A DNA stretch of 64,000 nt from the NCBI RefSeq assembly GCF_000474745.1, contig NZ_ASJR01000004.1, positions 55,988 to 119,987 on the forward strand. The letters are read 5' to 3'. The stretch is from Chitinivibrio alkaliphilus ACht1. GTDB taxonomy: Bacteria > Fibrobacterota > Chitinivibrionia > Chitinivibrionales > Chitinivibrionaceae. A program made the position numbers and the translations under genes. Below, piece after piece: positions 31,398-41,639 of the stretch. The notes under the pieces were generated by a model that did no database searches, was not told the origin of the DNA, and saw nothing but the letters and a program-made list of their open reading frames with translations. Within the stretch, counting starts at the first letter, position 1. Every line of letters starts with the position of its first letter.

Positions 31398-32282
31398 TTA
31401 TTGTCCCATATTCATGAGAGGAAGGGGAGATGGACTCTCACCGTTCATAAAATAAATCTTAGATCCTTCATCCTGTGATATCTCTTTCAGTGCTTCCATG
31501 GCCTGTAGTTGAATATAGGCAGGATTGTCTTGCATGGCTTCATTGATACGAGCTATTTCAAGAGCGCGTGCTTCTGAAAGTATCATGATTTTCTCTGCTT
31601 CTTTTTCTGCGGCTTCACGTTCTGCCTCAGCTTGAGCAACTTTCTGTTTTTGTTCTGTACGAAATCTTTGGAGCTCTGCCTGTTGTTGAAGGGCTCGTTG
31701 TTCATGCTCTTTCTTCAGTTAAATGGCTTTAACAATAAATTCTGGTAGATTGATGTCCCGAATAAGAACGTCAGTCACAATAATACCGCGATGGGTAAGG
31801 TAGGTTTGAAGATCGCGAAGAATTCCGGTTTTTAATTGTTTCTGTGTTTCCGCGGTGAAAAAGTGTTCAGCACGTTCAATATCTTTTCCCTGTTCACGAA
31901 CGATTGAACGGATTGCTGGGTTGATATGGATACGAATAAGATCATCAATGGTTCCAATATTACGGAGAATAGCCCCAGCTTTCTCTGTGTTAATACGATA
32001 TTGTACACTCACATCGATAACTGTTTGGAGTTGATCTTGCGTTGGAACCTGTATCGTTTCTTTTATGGTTTTTTCTCTTCCATCGTAGTGCACCCATGAG
32101 AGAAGGGGGTTTACGGGAAAGTGAAGCCCCTCAGAATATGTTCGTTCAAGGACTTTCCCAAAAAGAACTGGTACTCCAACGTGCCCCGGTGAAACAACAA
32201 CAAAGGTTTTGTTTCCAAGAACAAGTAAGAAAAGAATACATAGTACTGAAAGGGTGAAAAGAACTTTCTGTGGTGTTTTCAA
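31398..32282 (-). pseudogene. SPFH/band-7 (HflC/HflK-like) gene interrupted by one in-frame TAA (31719-31721) at about codon 188 of 295
   Basis: ORFs 31719-32282 and 31398-31586 share one frame. Read across the stop, the sequence is '...EFIVKAI*LKKEHEQRALQQQAELQRFRTEQKQKVAQAEAEREAAEKEAEKIMILSEAR...', the expected band-7 coiled-coil tail. Confidence 0.6.
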
Positions 32283-34267
32283 TGTGGGGTCTTCTTGGTA
32301 AGATTCTCTAAAAAAGTTTCAGTATAAATGGGTATCCCGAGGGACTCCGCTTTTGTATATTTTGATCCACTATTTTCACCCGCAATAAGTGCAGTGGTGG
32401 AGCGGCTCACAGAAGAGGTAACTCGTGCCCCCTTTGATTCAAGAAGCTTTTTTGCTTCAGCCCGAGTGAATTCCGAGAGGGTTCCGGTTATGACATAGGT
32501 TGAGCCTTCAAGAGAGGTGTCACTGTTTTTTCCTGATGTTTCTTCCGTACGGAGGCCCAGATTTTTCAGTTCTGATATAAGGGATTTATTTTCCGGGGTG
32601 GAAAAATATGAGAAGAGTGACGCTGCTATTTCTGGTCCAACCGTATGAATTTTCTCCAGCTCCTCACAGCTCATATTCATAAGTTTTTCAAGGGAGCCTG
32701 TTTCTGCAGCAAGCACCCGTGCTGTTTCACTTCCAACAAGGGGAATACCCAAGGCATGCACGAGAGAGGCGAGACCTGCATTTTTGCTTTTCTCGAGAGA
32801 TTTGAGTAGCTTTGATGCTGATCGTTCACCCATACGGGGAAGGGGGACGAGCTCTTCTTTAGTGAGTTTAAAGAGATCTGCCGGGGTTTCTATCATTTTT
32901 CTTTGCAGAAGCTCTTCGAGAATGGCTGGCCCAAGACCGTCAATATTCATGGCAGCTCGTGAAACAAAATGTTTGAGAAAAGAGAACCGTTGTGCCGGGC
33001 AGGCTGTATTAACGCAGCGAAGTGCTACTGTATGCGGCTCTTTAACAAGAGGTGAGTGACATGATGGACAATGAAAGGGGAGTTCGAAGGGAGTGGTGGT
33101 ACGTTTTTCTGCAACGGAGATAACCTTAGGAATAATTTCCCCACTCTTTTCCACGGTTACCATATCTCCCACATTCACAGAAAGCCGATATATTTCGTCA
33201 TAATTATGGAGTGTGGCATTTTGAACGGTCGTGCCCGACAAGGATATTGGCCTTAGGCGAGCAACGGGGGTGATTACTCCCGTTCTTCCCACCTGTGCAT
33301 CAATGGCGGTAATTTCCGTAATACCGCGATCCGGGGCAAATTTATAGGCTCGTACCCATCGGGGAGATTTTGCCGTAAGACCGATTTCATCATAGCGATT
33401 TATTTCATCAACCTTAATAACCATTCCATCTATGGGGTAGGGGTGATTTTCTTTTTTGCGCTCCCATTCTGAACAGAATGACAGTAAGGGGGCTGGTTTT
33501 GCAAATGGTTCAGAATGAATGACCGTATGAAATCCCAGGTGCTTCAGTTTTTCAAGATTCTTGCTATGCGAGAGCTCGCTTCCTTCTGCCAAGAGTGCAT
33601 AGGCATGGAAATCAAGTCCACGTCGTGCAACCTTCTGCGGAGAAAGCAGTTTTATTGTTCCTGCGGCTGTATTACGTGGGTTCTGCATGGGAGGCTGCCC
33701 GTTTTCTTTCAGTTCCTTATTGAGGTGATGAAAACGTGGATAGCTCATAAGAATTTCCCCGCGCACCTCCAGAAAACCGGGGGCGTCAATTTGTAGGGGG
33801 ATTGTGCGTATGGTACGAACATTCTCTGTGATACAATCCCCCCGGGTACCGTCGCCACGGGTCACAGCACGAATGAATCGTCCGTCTTGGTAGTGAAGGG
33901 CACAGGCGACACCGTCCATTTTTAATTCTGCAATACAACTTAGAGCACCGTATTTTTGTATATCATGAATCCATTTTTCCAACTCTTCTTTTGAGTAGGT
34001 ATTGGTGATACTCAACATAGGGGTGGCATGGGTGTATTTGAGAAAACCCTCTGTGAGGTCACTTCCTATGCGCTGAGTGGGAGAGTTTGGCGATACAAGA
34101 TGGGGGTACTGCTGTTCTAACTCCACCAGCTCTCTATACAGAAGGTCATAGTGATAGTCAGAGATCTCCGATCTCCCAGTGCCGTAATAGGTTGCATCAT
34201 AGTATGCAATTTTTCGATACAGCTCATTCATACGTGTTTGGCTCATGACAGACCCTTTCTGCGTCAC
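32279..34267 (-). CDS. ligA: NAD+-dependent DNA ligase
   Basis: Adenylation 'ELKMDGVA'; Cys4 zinc finger 'CPSCHSPL...CVNTACPAQ'; HhH and BRCT tail. Confidence 0.9.
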   Translation of the reverse strand: MTQKGSVMSQTRMNELYRKIAYYDATYYGTGRSEISDYHYDLLYRELVELEQQYPHLVSPNSPTQRIGSDLTEGFLKYTHATPMLSITNTYSKEELEKWIHDIQKYGALSCIAELKMDGVACALHYQDGRFIRAVTRGDGTRGDCITENVRTIRTIPLQIDAPGFLEVRGEILMSYPRFHHLNKELKENGQPPMQNPRNTAAGTIKLLSPQKVARRGLDFHAYALLAEGSELSHSKNLEKLKHLGFHTVIHSEPFAKPAPLLSFCSEWERKKENHPYPIDGMVIKVDEINRYDEIGLTAKSPRWVRAYKFAPDRGITEITAIDAQVGRTGVITPVARLRPISLSGTTVQNATLHNYDEIYRLSVNVGDMVTVEKSGEIIPKVISVAEKRTTTPFELPFHCPSCHSPLVKEPHTVALRCVNTACPAQRFSFLKHFVSRAAMNIDGLGPAILEELLQRKMIETPADLFKLTKEELVPLPRMGERSASKLLKSLEKSKNAGLASLVHALGIPLVGSETARVLAAETGSLEKLMNMSCEELEKIHTVGPEIAASLFSYFSTPENKSLISELKNLGLRTEETSGKNSDTSLEGSTYVITGTLSEFTRAEAKKLLESKGARVTSSVSRSTTALIAGENSGSKYTKAESLGIPIYTETFLENLTKKTPH

Positions 34268-34300
34268 TGCATATGGAAGAATTAAATCGGTGAAACACGA

Positions 34301-35167
34301 TTATGGTTGCGGCGGTAGACAGAGTCCGCCGGCTAGCTCCTGAAGGTGGGATATCTCCTGTTTCCAGAGTTCTGGGCGAGGAGTTTCCAAAACAAGGGGG
34401 ATTTTCGTAAAGGTATCGTTTTGGGCGATATATTCAAACACAGCCATGCCGAGCTCCCCTGCTCCCAAAATTTCATGCCGATCTTTTCGTGATCCAAAGG
34501 GGGTTTTGGAATCATTCAGATGAAGTCCACGAAGGTATGAGAGGCCGATGCGAGCGTCGAGCTCTTCAAAAAATTGTGCAGCACCCTCTTTGGTAGAGAG
34601 GTCATATCCAGCCGAAAAGGCGTGGCATGTGTCGATGCACACACCCATGCGATTTTTTTTATTCACTTGGGAGATAATCTCGGCTAGATGCTCAAGGCGA
34701 TATCCGAGGTTGGTACCCTGGCCGGAGGTGTTTTCCAGGACAAGGGTGACATCTTCTGTTTCTGCTAAGGCACTGTTTATAGATTCAGCAATAAGGGCTA
34801 AGGCTTGCGACTCACTATTTTTGTTGAGATGACTTCCGGGATGAATATTTAAGGTTGCAAGAGAGAGGAGGGAGCATCGTTGTAATTCATCAATACAGCA
34901 GCTCAATGACTTTATACGCTTTTCCCGTTCTGGATTACATAAATTTACCAAGTATGTTCCATGAGGGAGAACCATGTCAGACGTATACTCTGCTGCATGC
35001 ATATTTTCCCAGAAGGATGAAATTGTATCAGGGGTAAGGGGCTTTGCATGCCATTGACGCTGGTTCTTAGTAAACATTCCAAAGCCAGTCGCGCCAAGTT
35101 CACTGGCACGTTCAGGAGCATTTTGAACTCCTCCGGTAATTGACACATGCGGGCCAATGTATTTCAT
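34301..35167 (-). CDS. nfo: Endonuclease IV (AP endonuclease). The start is probably at the 'MKYIGPHVS' Met.
   Basis: 'GPHVSITGG', 'HLNDSK', 'DRHE' metal-binding motifs. Confidence 0.85.
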   Translation of the reverse strand: MKYIGPHVSITGGVQNAPERASELGATGFGMFTKNQRQWHAKPLTPDTISSFWENMHAAEYTSDMVLPHGTYLVNLCNPEREKRIKSLSCCIDELQRCSLLSLATLNIHPGSHLNKNSESQALALIAESINSALAETEDVTLVLENTSGQGTNLGYRLEHLAEIISQVNKKNRMGVCIDTCHAFSAGYDLSTKEGAAQFFEELDARIGLSYLRGLHLNDSKTPFGSRKDRHEILGAGELGMAVFEYIAQNDTFTKIPLVLETPRPELWKQEISHLQELAGGLCLPPQP

Positions 35168-35283
35168 GATGTATCCTTTTTCTTGAAAATACATTGTGAT
35201 GAAGGTCGGTACAATCATTAATTCATAGAAAAAGGGAGTATCCCGAAGGATACTCCCCTGTATTCGACAAGCTCAGAATGCAG

Positions 35284-38200
35284 TTACTGAGAATCTTTCT
35301 CAGCAAGCTTTTCTAGAAGCTTGTACCGATTTGCCACTTCAACAGCAGAACTCTCAAGAAGGGAGTCAGAAAGATCTTTCTGGCTTTGCGCAAGAGTTCT
35401 AAACCGGTTTTCACTTAAGGCAAACTCCTTATAATCCATGGTAGGAGCCTTGCTATCGATGGAAAGAGGATTCTTTCCTTCTTGAGCAAGTTCAGGGTTG
35501 TACCGGTAGAGTTGCCAGTGTCCTGATTTAACTGCCGCGTCTTGGTGTTTCACACCGTCCTTGAGGTTAAACCCATGGGCAATACAGTGTGAGTAGGCAA
35601 GTACAAGAGATGGGCCGTCGTAGGCTTCAGCCTCACGCATGGCCTTAACCACTTGGTTTGGATTGGAAAGAGACACCTTGGCAACATAGATATTACCATA
35701 GCTCATGGCAATCATACCAAGATCTTTCTTTTCCGCTGGTTTACCGCTGGCAGCAAATTTTGCTACGGCTCCCTTAGGAGTAGCCTTCGATGACTGACCG
35801 CCCGTATTTGAGTACACTTCCGTATCCATGACAAGAACATTTACATTCTTACCGGATGCAAGGACGTGATCCAAACCGCCATAGCCAATATCGTAAGCCC
35901 AGCCATCACCACCAAATGCCCATACAGACTTATCTACAATATAGTCTGCAAGGGTTTGAAAGTCTTTCTTGAGGCTCGTGTCATTGCCAATCATCTCTTT
36001 CAAGTCTTCAATATCTTTGCGAAGAGATGCACGCTCCTCATTTGTCGCCTGTGGCGCTTCAAGTACAGCGGCTATCTTTTCAGATATTTCAGGAGAACTG
36101 CTTTCTTCTTGAAGTTTACGGGAAACTTCAAAGGCTCGCTCTCGAAATTTATCAACGGTCATGCGCATACCAAAGGCAAGTTCGGCATTGTCCTCAAAGA
36201 GAGAGTTGTTCCATGTAGGCCCGCGACCATCTTTGGTTGTGGTGTAGGGAGTTGTGGGAAGGTTTCCACCATAGATTGAAGAACATCCCGTGGCATTGGC
36301 AATAATTGCACGGTCGCCAAAAAGCTGTGATATGAGTTTCACATACTGAGTTTCACCACAGCCGGCACAAGCACCGGAAAACTCAAAAAGAGGTGTGACA
36401 AACTGCGTGCCTTTAAAGTTGCTCATGTCTTTATCATCAACCACCACATCGGGAAGTTTGTTGATAAAGAAATCCCAGTTTTCAGACTCTTTAGCGCGCA
36501 TCTCATCAGTTAAAGGAGTCATTTTAATGGCTTCCTTTGCCTTCATGGGACATGATTCAACACAGAGTCCACATCCAGTACAGTCAAGAGCTGATACTTG
36601 CAGGGTATACTTCATATCCTTATATTTTGCTTTACCGTCACACGATTTAAATGTGCTTGGTGCATCTGAAAGCTCTTTTGCATCGTACACCTTGGGACGA
36701 ATAACCGCATGGGGACACATAAAGGAACAACGATTACACTGAATACAGGTTTCGCAGTTCCAAACGGGGATATGAACAGCAACATTTCGTTTTTCGAACT
36801 TTGTTGTTCCCGTCATCCACTTCCCGTCAGCGGGCATTTCCGATACTTTTACCGTTTCACCTTCTTGACGGATAAGTTTAGCCGTAACGTTTTTCACAAA
36901 CTCAGGAGCCTCACCGGGCACTGTATCCAGATCCTCTGCCTGCTTTGTTATTTCCGCATAGTTTACTTCTTCAATACGGGAGAGTGCTGCGTCAACTGCT
37001 TGGTAGTTCATGTTGACAATTTCATCACCCTTCTTGCCGTAGGTCTTTTTAATTGCGTCTTTAATGGCTTTTACCGCATCAGCTTCATCCATAATACCAG
37101 ATATTTTAAAGAAGGCTGTTTGCATTACCATGTTGATACGAGATCCTAAGCCAATTTCTTCAGCAATGGTGACTGCATCTATTACATAGAATTTTAATTT
37201 CTTTGCAACAATCTCTTCCTGTACTTTTCCGGGAAGCTTATCCCATACTTCATCTTTTCCATAGGGAGAAGTAAGAAGAAAGGTTCCACCCTCTTCAAGG
37301 TTTTTCAGCATGGCATACTTTTCAAGAAACGAAAAGTTATGACAGGCGAGAAAATTTGCTTTTGAAATAAGGTATGGAGCACGGATCTTCTTGGGACCAA
37401 AGCGGAGGTGTGAGGTCGTGAGGGAGCCAGATTTTTTTGAGTCATACACAAAGTACCCCTGAGTGTAGTTCTCTGTCTCCTTAGCAATAATTTTAATTGA
37501 ATTTTTATTTGCCCCAACTGTACCATCAGAACCGAGGCCGTAAAAGAGCCCACGAAATACATCATCGCCTTCGATATTGAAGTTTGGATCGAAAGGAAGA
37601 GAGGTATTCATAACATCATCATTGATACCGATGGTAAAATGATTTTTAGGTGCATCTGCAGAAAGGTTGTCAAAGACAGCCTTTACCATGGCAGGTGTGA
37701 ATTCAGCAGAACCAAGACCATAGCGACCACCAACCACACGTGGCCAATGGGTAAAATGCGCTTGCTGTTGTTCTTGCATTTCTCCAATTGCAGTGCGAAC
37801 ATCTTCATAGAGAGGTTCTCCTAAAGAGCCAGGTTCTTTGGTGCGGTCAAGAACTGCAATTTTTTGCACCGTGGCGGGGATCTCCTTAACAAAGAGTTCA
37901 GCACTAAAAGGACGATACATTCGTACTTTCAAAACCCCTACTTTTTCACCAGTATTGTTCAAGTATTCCACAGTCTCATGAATTGTTTCGTTACCGGCAC
38001 CCATGGCAACAATAACTTTTTCGGCGTCTTCTGCACCAAAATATTCATACAAACGATAGTTTCGGCCGGTTAGCTTTCCAAATTTGTCCATCTGATTTTG
38101 AAGGATTCCGGGAAGTTTCTCGTAATACGCATTTACGGTTTCACGGCCGGTAAAGTATACATCAGGGTTTTGTGAAGTACCCATTATTTGGGGATGATCG

Positions 38201-38829
38201 GGAGAGAGGCCACGCTGGCGATGTGCGCGAACCAAGTCATCATCAATCATTTCTTTCATATCATCGTAGGTAAGCTCTTCAATCTTCTGGATTTCATGGG
38301 AAACACGGAATCCTTCAAAAAAGTGAAGAAAGGGGATGCGTGATTCCAAGGTCGCTGCTTGAGAGATAAGGGCAAAATCCTGCGCTTCTTGAACCGACGC
38401 GGAGGAGAGCATGGCAAAACCCGTTTGGCGGCATGCCATAACATCGGAGTGATCTCCAAAGATGGAGAGCGCTTGGCATGCAAGAGATCGTGCACTTACA
38501 TGAAATACCGTTGGCGTGAGCTCACCGGCAATCTTGTACATGTTTGGAATCATCAGGAGTAGTCCCTGAGAAGCCGTGAAGGTTGTTGTCAAAGCACCCG
38601 TTGAAAGTGCTCCATGAACCGCACCAGCGGCTCCGCCTTCAGATTGTAGTTCTGAAACATGTGGAACTGAATCCCAAATGTTTTTCTCATGCATTGCCGA
38701 TTTGGCATCGGATATCTCCCCCATGGGAGAGGAAGGAGTAATCGGGTAAATTGCAATGACTTCGTTAGTGGCATGAGCCACGTGAGCCGTTGCGGAGTTA
38801 CCGTCATGGGGCACCATATTCCTTGCCAT
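35284..38829 (-). CDS. nifJ: Pyruvate:ferredoxin (flavodoxin) oxidoreductase, single-chain 1181 aa
   Basis: Two ferredoxin-type clusters 'CIQCNRCSFMCP', 'CTGCGLCVESCP'; TPP-binding 'GGDGWAYDIGYGG'. Confidence 0.9.
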   Translation of the reverse strand: MARNMVPHDGNSATAHVAHATNEVIAIYPITPSSPMGEISDAKSAMHEKNIWDSVPHVSELQSEGGAAGAVHGALSTGALTTTFTASQGLLLMIPNMYKIAGELTPTVFHVSARSLACQALSIFGDHSDVMACRQTGFAMLSSASVQEAQDFALISQAATLESRIPFLHFFEGFRVSHEIQKIEELTYDDMKEMIDDDLVRAHRQRGLSPDHPQIMGTSQNPDVYFTGRETVNAYYEKLPGILQNQMDKFGKLTGRNYRLYEYFGAEDAEKVIVAMGAGNETIHETVEYLNNTGEKVGVLKVRMYRPFSAELFVKEIPATVQKIAVLDRTKEPGSLGEPLYEDVRTAIGEMQEQQQAHFTHWPRVVGGRYGLGSAEFTPAMVKAVFDNLSADAPKNHFTIGINDDVMNTSLPFDPNFNIEGDDVFRGLFYGLGSDGTVGANKNSIKIIAKETENYTQGYFVYDSKKSGSLTTSHLRFGPKKIRAPYLISKANFLACHNFSFLEKYAMLKNLEEGGTFLLTSPYGKDEVWDKLPGKVQEEIVAKKLKFYVIDAVTIAEEIGLGSRINMVMQTAFFKISGIMDEADAVKAIKDAIKKTYGKKGDEIVNMNYQAVDAALSRIEEVNYAEITKQAEDLDTVPGEAPEFVKNVTAKLIRQEGETVKVSEMPADGKWMTGTTKFEKRNVAVHIPVWNCETCIQCNRCSFMCPHAVIRPKVYDAKELSDAPSTFKSCDGKAKYKDMKYTLQVSALDCTGCGLCVESCPMKAKEAIKMTPLTDEMRAKESENWDFFINKLPDVVVDDKDMSNFKGTQFVTPLFEFSGACAGCGETQYVKLISQLFGDRAIIANATGCSSIYGGNLPTTPYTTTKDGRGPTWNNSLFEDNAELAFGMRMTVDKFRERAFEVSRKLQEESSSPEISEKIAAVLEAPQATNEERASLRKDIEDLKEMIGNDTSLKKDFQTLADYIVDKSVWAFGGDGWAYDIGYGGLDHVLASGKNVNVLVMDTEVYSNTGGQSSKATPKGAVAKFAASGKPAEKKDLGMIAMSYGNIYVAKVSLSNPNQVVKAMREAEAYDGPSLVLAYSHCIAHGFNLKDGVKHQDAAVKSGHWQLYRYNPELAQEGKNPLSIDSKAPTMDYKEFALSENRFRTLAQSQKDLSDSLLESSAVEVANRYKLLEKLAEKDSQ

Positions 38830-39057
38830 ATAATTCTCCTGTTTTAGTAGTAGTAAAACTTAGTATACCTCGACCCTTAAGATATATTTTTATTTATATC
38901 TTTTGATAAAAAAGAGTGAAAGTTTTGTCTTCTGTAGCAGTGCCTAACAATGTTTGTTCTTGTTTTTTGCGAGAGTTCTGTAACTCTACACAGGAGATAT
39001 ACTATTTTTGTGAAAATCGATTTTTCCCATATGGTACTGTCACAAAAAGGGGGACGA

Positions 39058-40071
39058 ATGAATAAAATAGGTGTAACCATACTGTTGGGGCTACTCAGCT
39101 TTGCAGTTTTTTCAAAGGAGTCGAGTGTGAACGAAGGTGTATTTGCGCAAATGAAGACATCGAAAGGGAGTATCACAATACAGTTGTATTATGATAAAAC
39201 TCCCCTAACTGTTGCCAATTTTGTTGGGTTGGCAGAAGGGAACATATCTAATACTGCCCAAGATGAGGGGGATCCTTTTTATGATAGAGTAGTGTTTCAT
39301 CGTGTTGTTGATGGCTTTGTTGTTCAGGGCGGAGATCCAACTGGTACAGGACGCGGTGGTCCGGGGTACCAATTTCCTGATGAAATTGTACCTGGTTTAA
39401 CCCATTCAAAGGCGGGTATATTATCTATGGCGAACGCTGGTCCTGGCACCAATGGAAGTCAATTTTTTATTACCCTCGATGCACAGCCACATCTTGATGG
39501 AAAGCATACCGTGTTTGGCGAAGTAGTGTCCGGTATGGATGTGGTGAACTCCTTACGGCAAGGTGATACGATTCGTTATGTCGATATAGAGCGTGTTGGC
39601 AGTACGGCGCAGGAGTTCTCTGCAGATCAAGACCATTTTGATCAACTTCTTGCAGATGTGAAAGAGGAGGAGACGCGTCGGCAGGAAAAAGAGCGGGATG
39701 CTCAGGCAGCTTCCATTGCAGAAAAATATCCCGATGCACAAAAATCAGAGGCGGGCTTTTTCTATATTCGTGAGGCGGAAGGAACGGGAGATACTCCCCA
39801 AAAAGGAGCAACTGTATCGGTCCATTATACGGGAAGTTTTCTTGATGGACAGGTTTTTGATAGTTCAAGACGACGTGGTACTCCCCTCGAATTTAGCCTT
39901 GGCATGGGAGAGGTGATTTCAGGGTGGGATGCTGCTCTGTTAGAAATGAAACAGGGTGAAAAACGAACAATCATACTTCCTCCGGAGCTTGCCTACGGTG
40001 AGCAGGGTGCAGGAGGCGTTATTCCTCCCAATGCATGGTTAGTATTTGAGGTTGAACTTATCGATTTTTAA
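39058..40071 (+). CDS. Secreted bifunctional peptidyl-prolyl cis-trans isomerase (cyclophilin domain plus FKBP domain)
   Basis: Signal 'MNKIGVTILLGLLSFAVFS'; cyclophilin 'FHRVVDGFVVQGGDPTGTGRGG...LSMANAGPGTNGSQFFIT'; FKBP 'YTGSFLDGQVFDSS...PLEFSLGMGEVISGWD'. Confidence 0.75.
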   Translation: MNKIGVTILLGLLSFAVFSKESSVNEGVFAQMKTSKGSITIQLYYDKTPLTVANFVGLAEGNISNTAQDEGDPFYDRVVFHRVVDGFVVQGGDPTGTGRGGPGYQFPDEIVPGLTHSKAGILSMANAGPGTNGSQFFITLDAQPHLDGKHTVFGEVVSGMDVVNSLRQGDTIRYVDIERVGSTAQEFSADQDHFDQLLADVKEEETRRQEKERDAQAASIAEKYPDAQKSEAGFFYIREAEGTGDTPQKGATVSVHYTGSFLDGQVFDSSRRRGTPLEFSLGMGEVISGWDAALLEMKQGEKRTIILPPELAYGEQGAGGVIPPNAWLVFEVELIDF

Positions 40072-40277
40072 GGTCGTTATTCTCACGGAAGTAGTCAATG
40101 GATTCGTGATATATCCGTTGACTGCTTGGTGAGTAATGCTGTTCCCATGCAGGTCTATTCTGAAATATTTTGTGTATACGCGGGGTGGGCTGGCGCTGTT
40201 GCATCCTATATACTATATTTGAAATACGAACCCCTCTTTGTCGTTGCTATGACTGCGTATTTTACCCCCGGTGAGGA

Positions 40278-41639
40278 GTGTCTGTGAGAGAAAAAGGTTT
40301 TTTTCAGCGGATTTACGGATATGTACGGAGTGTGCATCCTGAAACGCATATATACCTCTATATAGCCCTAGTCATTCTTGGTATTATTTGGTATGCCCTT
40401 TATACTTCCTACATGCTTGAGCGACTCACAACCTACTCAAAAGCTTCCACCCAAGCTCACGCTGAAATGGTGAGTGATGTTCTTTTTAGTGACTTAAGTC
40501 AATACCGAAAACATAGTATTATTCAAGGTATTGTGGAAGATTTTGATATGCCCATTATTTTTACCGATGAATATGGTGAGCCCCATATTTGGTGGAATAT
40601 CTACCGACGAAAAGGGTTGTTCCAACGCGAGAAGATAGCCTATGACGACGATTCTTACGAGACTATCCAGTATCTACGTCAGAAGGTTCGTGAGTTTGAA
40701 AATACCTATGCGCCTAAGTTGGTGTATGCAGGCAACTCAGCCACACGCATGGGGTGGCTCTACTTTAGTGATAGTACCTTTCTTTCTGGGGTTCGTCTGC
40801 TTCCCTTCTTTGAGGTTTTCTTTGTCTTAATAATTATTCTTGCTATTTATATTGTATTGAAATCCATACTTTTTTCGGAACGACGAAGCTTATGGATTGG
40901 TCTTGCCAAGGAGACGGCACATCAAATGGGAACTCCCATTACATCTCTTTTAGGGTGGATTGAGTACTTAAAGCTAGAAAGCACGAGTTATGAATCAGAT
41001 TTTACCCTTGATTACGATACCATGGAAGAAGACAGCTTTCCCAATAAAGTCAATGATATCGCCAGTGATATGGAACGGGATATTGCTCGCTTGAGAAAAG
41101 TGGCAAATCGCTTTGAGCTCATTGGTTCAAAGCCTTCCTTGCGTCCTAGCTGTTTACGAAAGCTTCTTGAAGATCACGGTGCATATTTTTCGCGGCGTGT
41201 TCCTGTCTTTGGACGAAAGGTGAACGTCGCTGTTGATATTAAAAATGATCTTCCCCCGGTACTTTTAAATAGCGATCTTCTGAGCTGGGTTTTTGAAAAT
41301 TTGTTTAAAAACTCCCTCGATGCCATGGATAAAGCAGAGGGTGAGATATATATTAGCGCTGAACATGTAAAGGTTGATAGGGTTGTTATTGTACGACATC
41401 GTGATAATGGCTGTGGTGTTGGCAAGGACAAGCGTAACACGGTTTTTTCTCCGGGCTATACCACTAAGAGAAGAGGGTGGGGCCTTGGTCTGGCCTTGGC
41501 ACGAAGAATTATCCAAACCTATCACAAGGGTAAAATCTATATTTCCTGGACAAAAAAGGGGGAGGGCACTGAAATTGTGATTGAATTGCCCGTAGCACCC
41601 CAGGCAAAAAAAGGAGCAGTCCATGCCGATGAAGCGTAA
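40278..41639 (+). CDS. Two-TM sensor histidine kinase (PorY-like architecture)
   Basis: TM1 'IYLYIALVILGIIWYALY'; TM2 'FFVLIIILAIYIVLKSILF'; H-box 'ETAHQMGTPITSLLGWIEYL'; HATPase 'NSLDAM', 'DNGCGV', 'GWGLGLALARR'. Confidence 0.75.
   Translation: MSVREKGFFQRIYGYVRSVHPETHIYLYIALVILGIIWYALYTSYMLERLTTYSKASTQAHAEMVSDVLFSDLSQYRKHSIIQGIVEDFDMPIIFTDEYGEPHIWWNIYRRKGLFQREKIAYDDDSYETIQYLRQKVREFENTYAPKLVYAGNSATRMGWLYFSDSTFLSGVRLLPFFEVFFVLIIILAIYIVLKSILFSERRSLWIGLAKETAHQMGTPITSLLGWIEYLKLESTSYESDFTLDYDTMEEDSFPNKVNDIASDMERDIARLRKVANRFELIGSKPSLRPSCLRKLLEDHGAYFSRRVPVFGRKVNVAVDIKNDLPPVLLNSDLLSWVFENLFKNSLDAMDKAEGEIYISAEHVKVDRVVIVRHRDNGCGVGKDKRNTVFSPGYTTKRRGWGLGLALARRIIQTYHKGKIYISWTKKGEGTEIVIELPVAPQAKKGAVHADEA

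Noticed and set aside
31586-31721. Stop-codon reassignment (TAA read as sense) as the explanation for the internal stop in the band-7 gene
   Set aside because: Neighbouring genes terminate normally with TAA (the small lipoprotein, leuS), TAG (ferredoxin) and TGA (hisS). Standard code 11 fits everywhere else.
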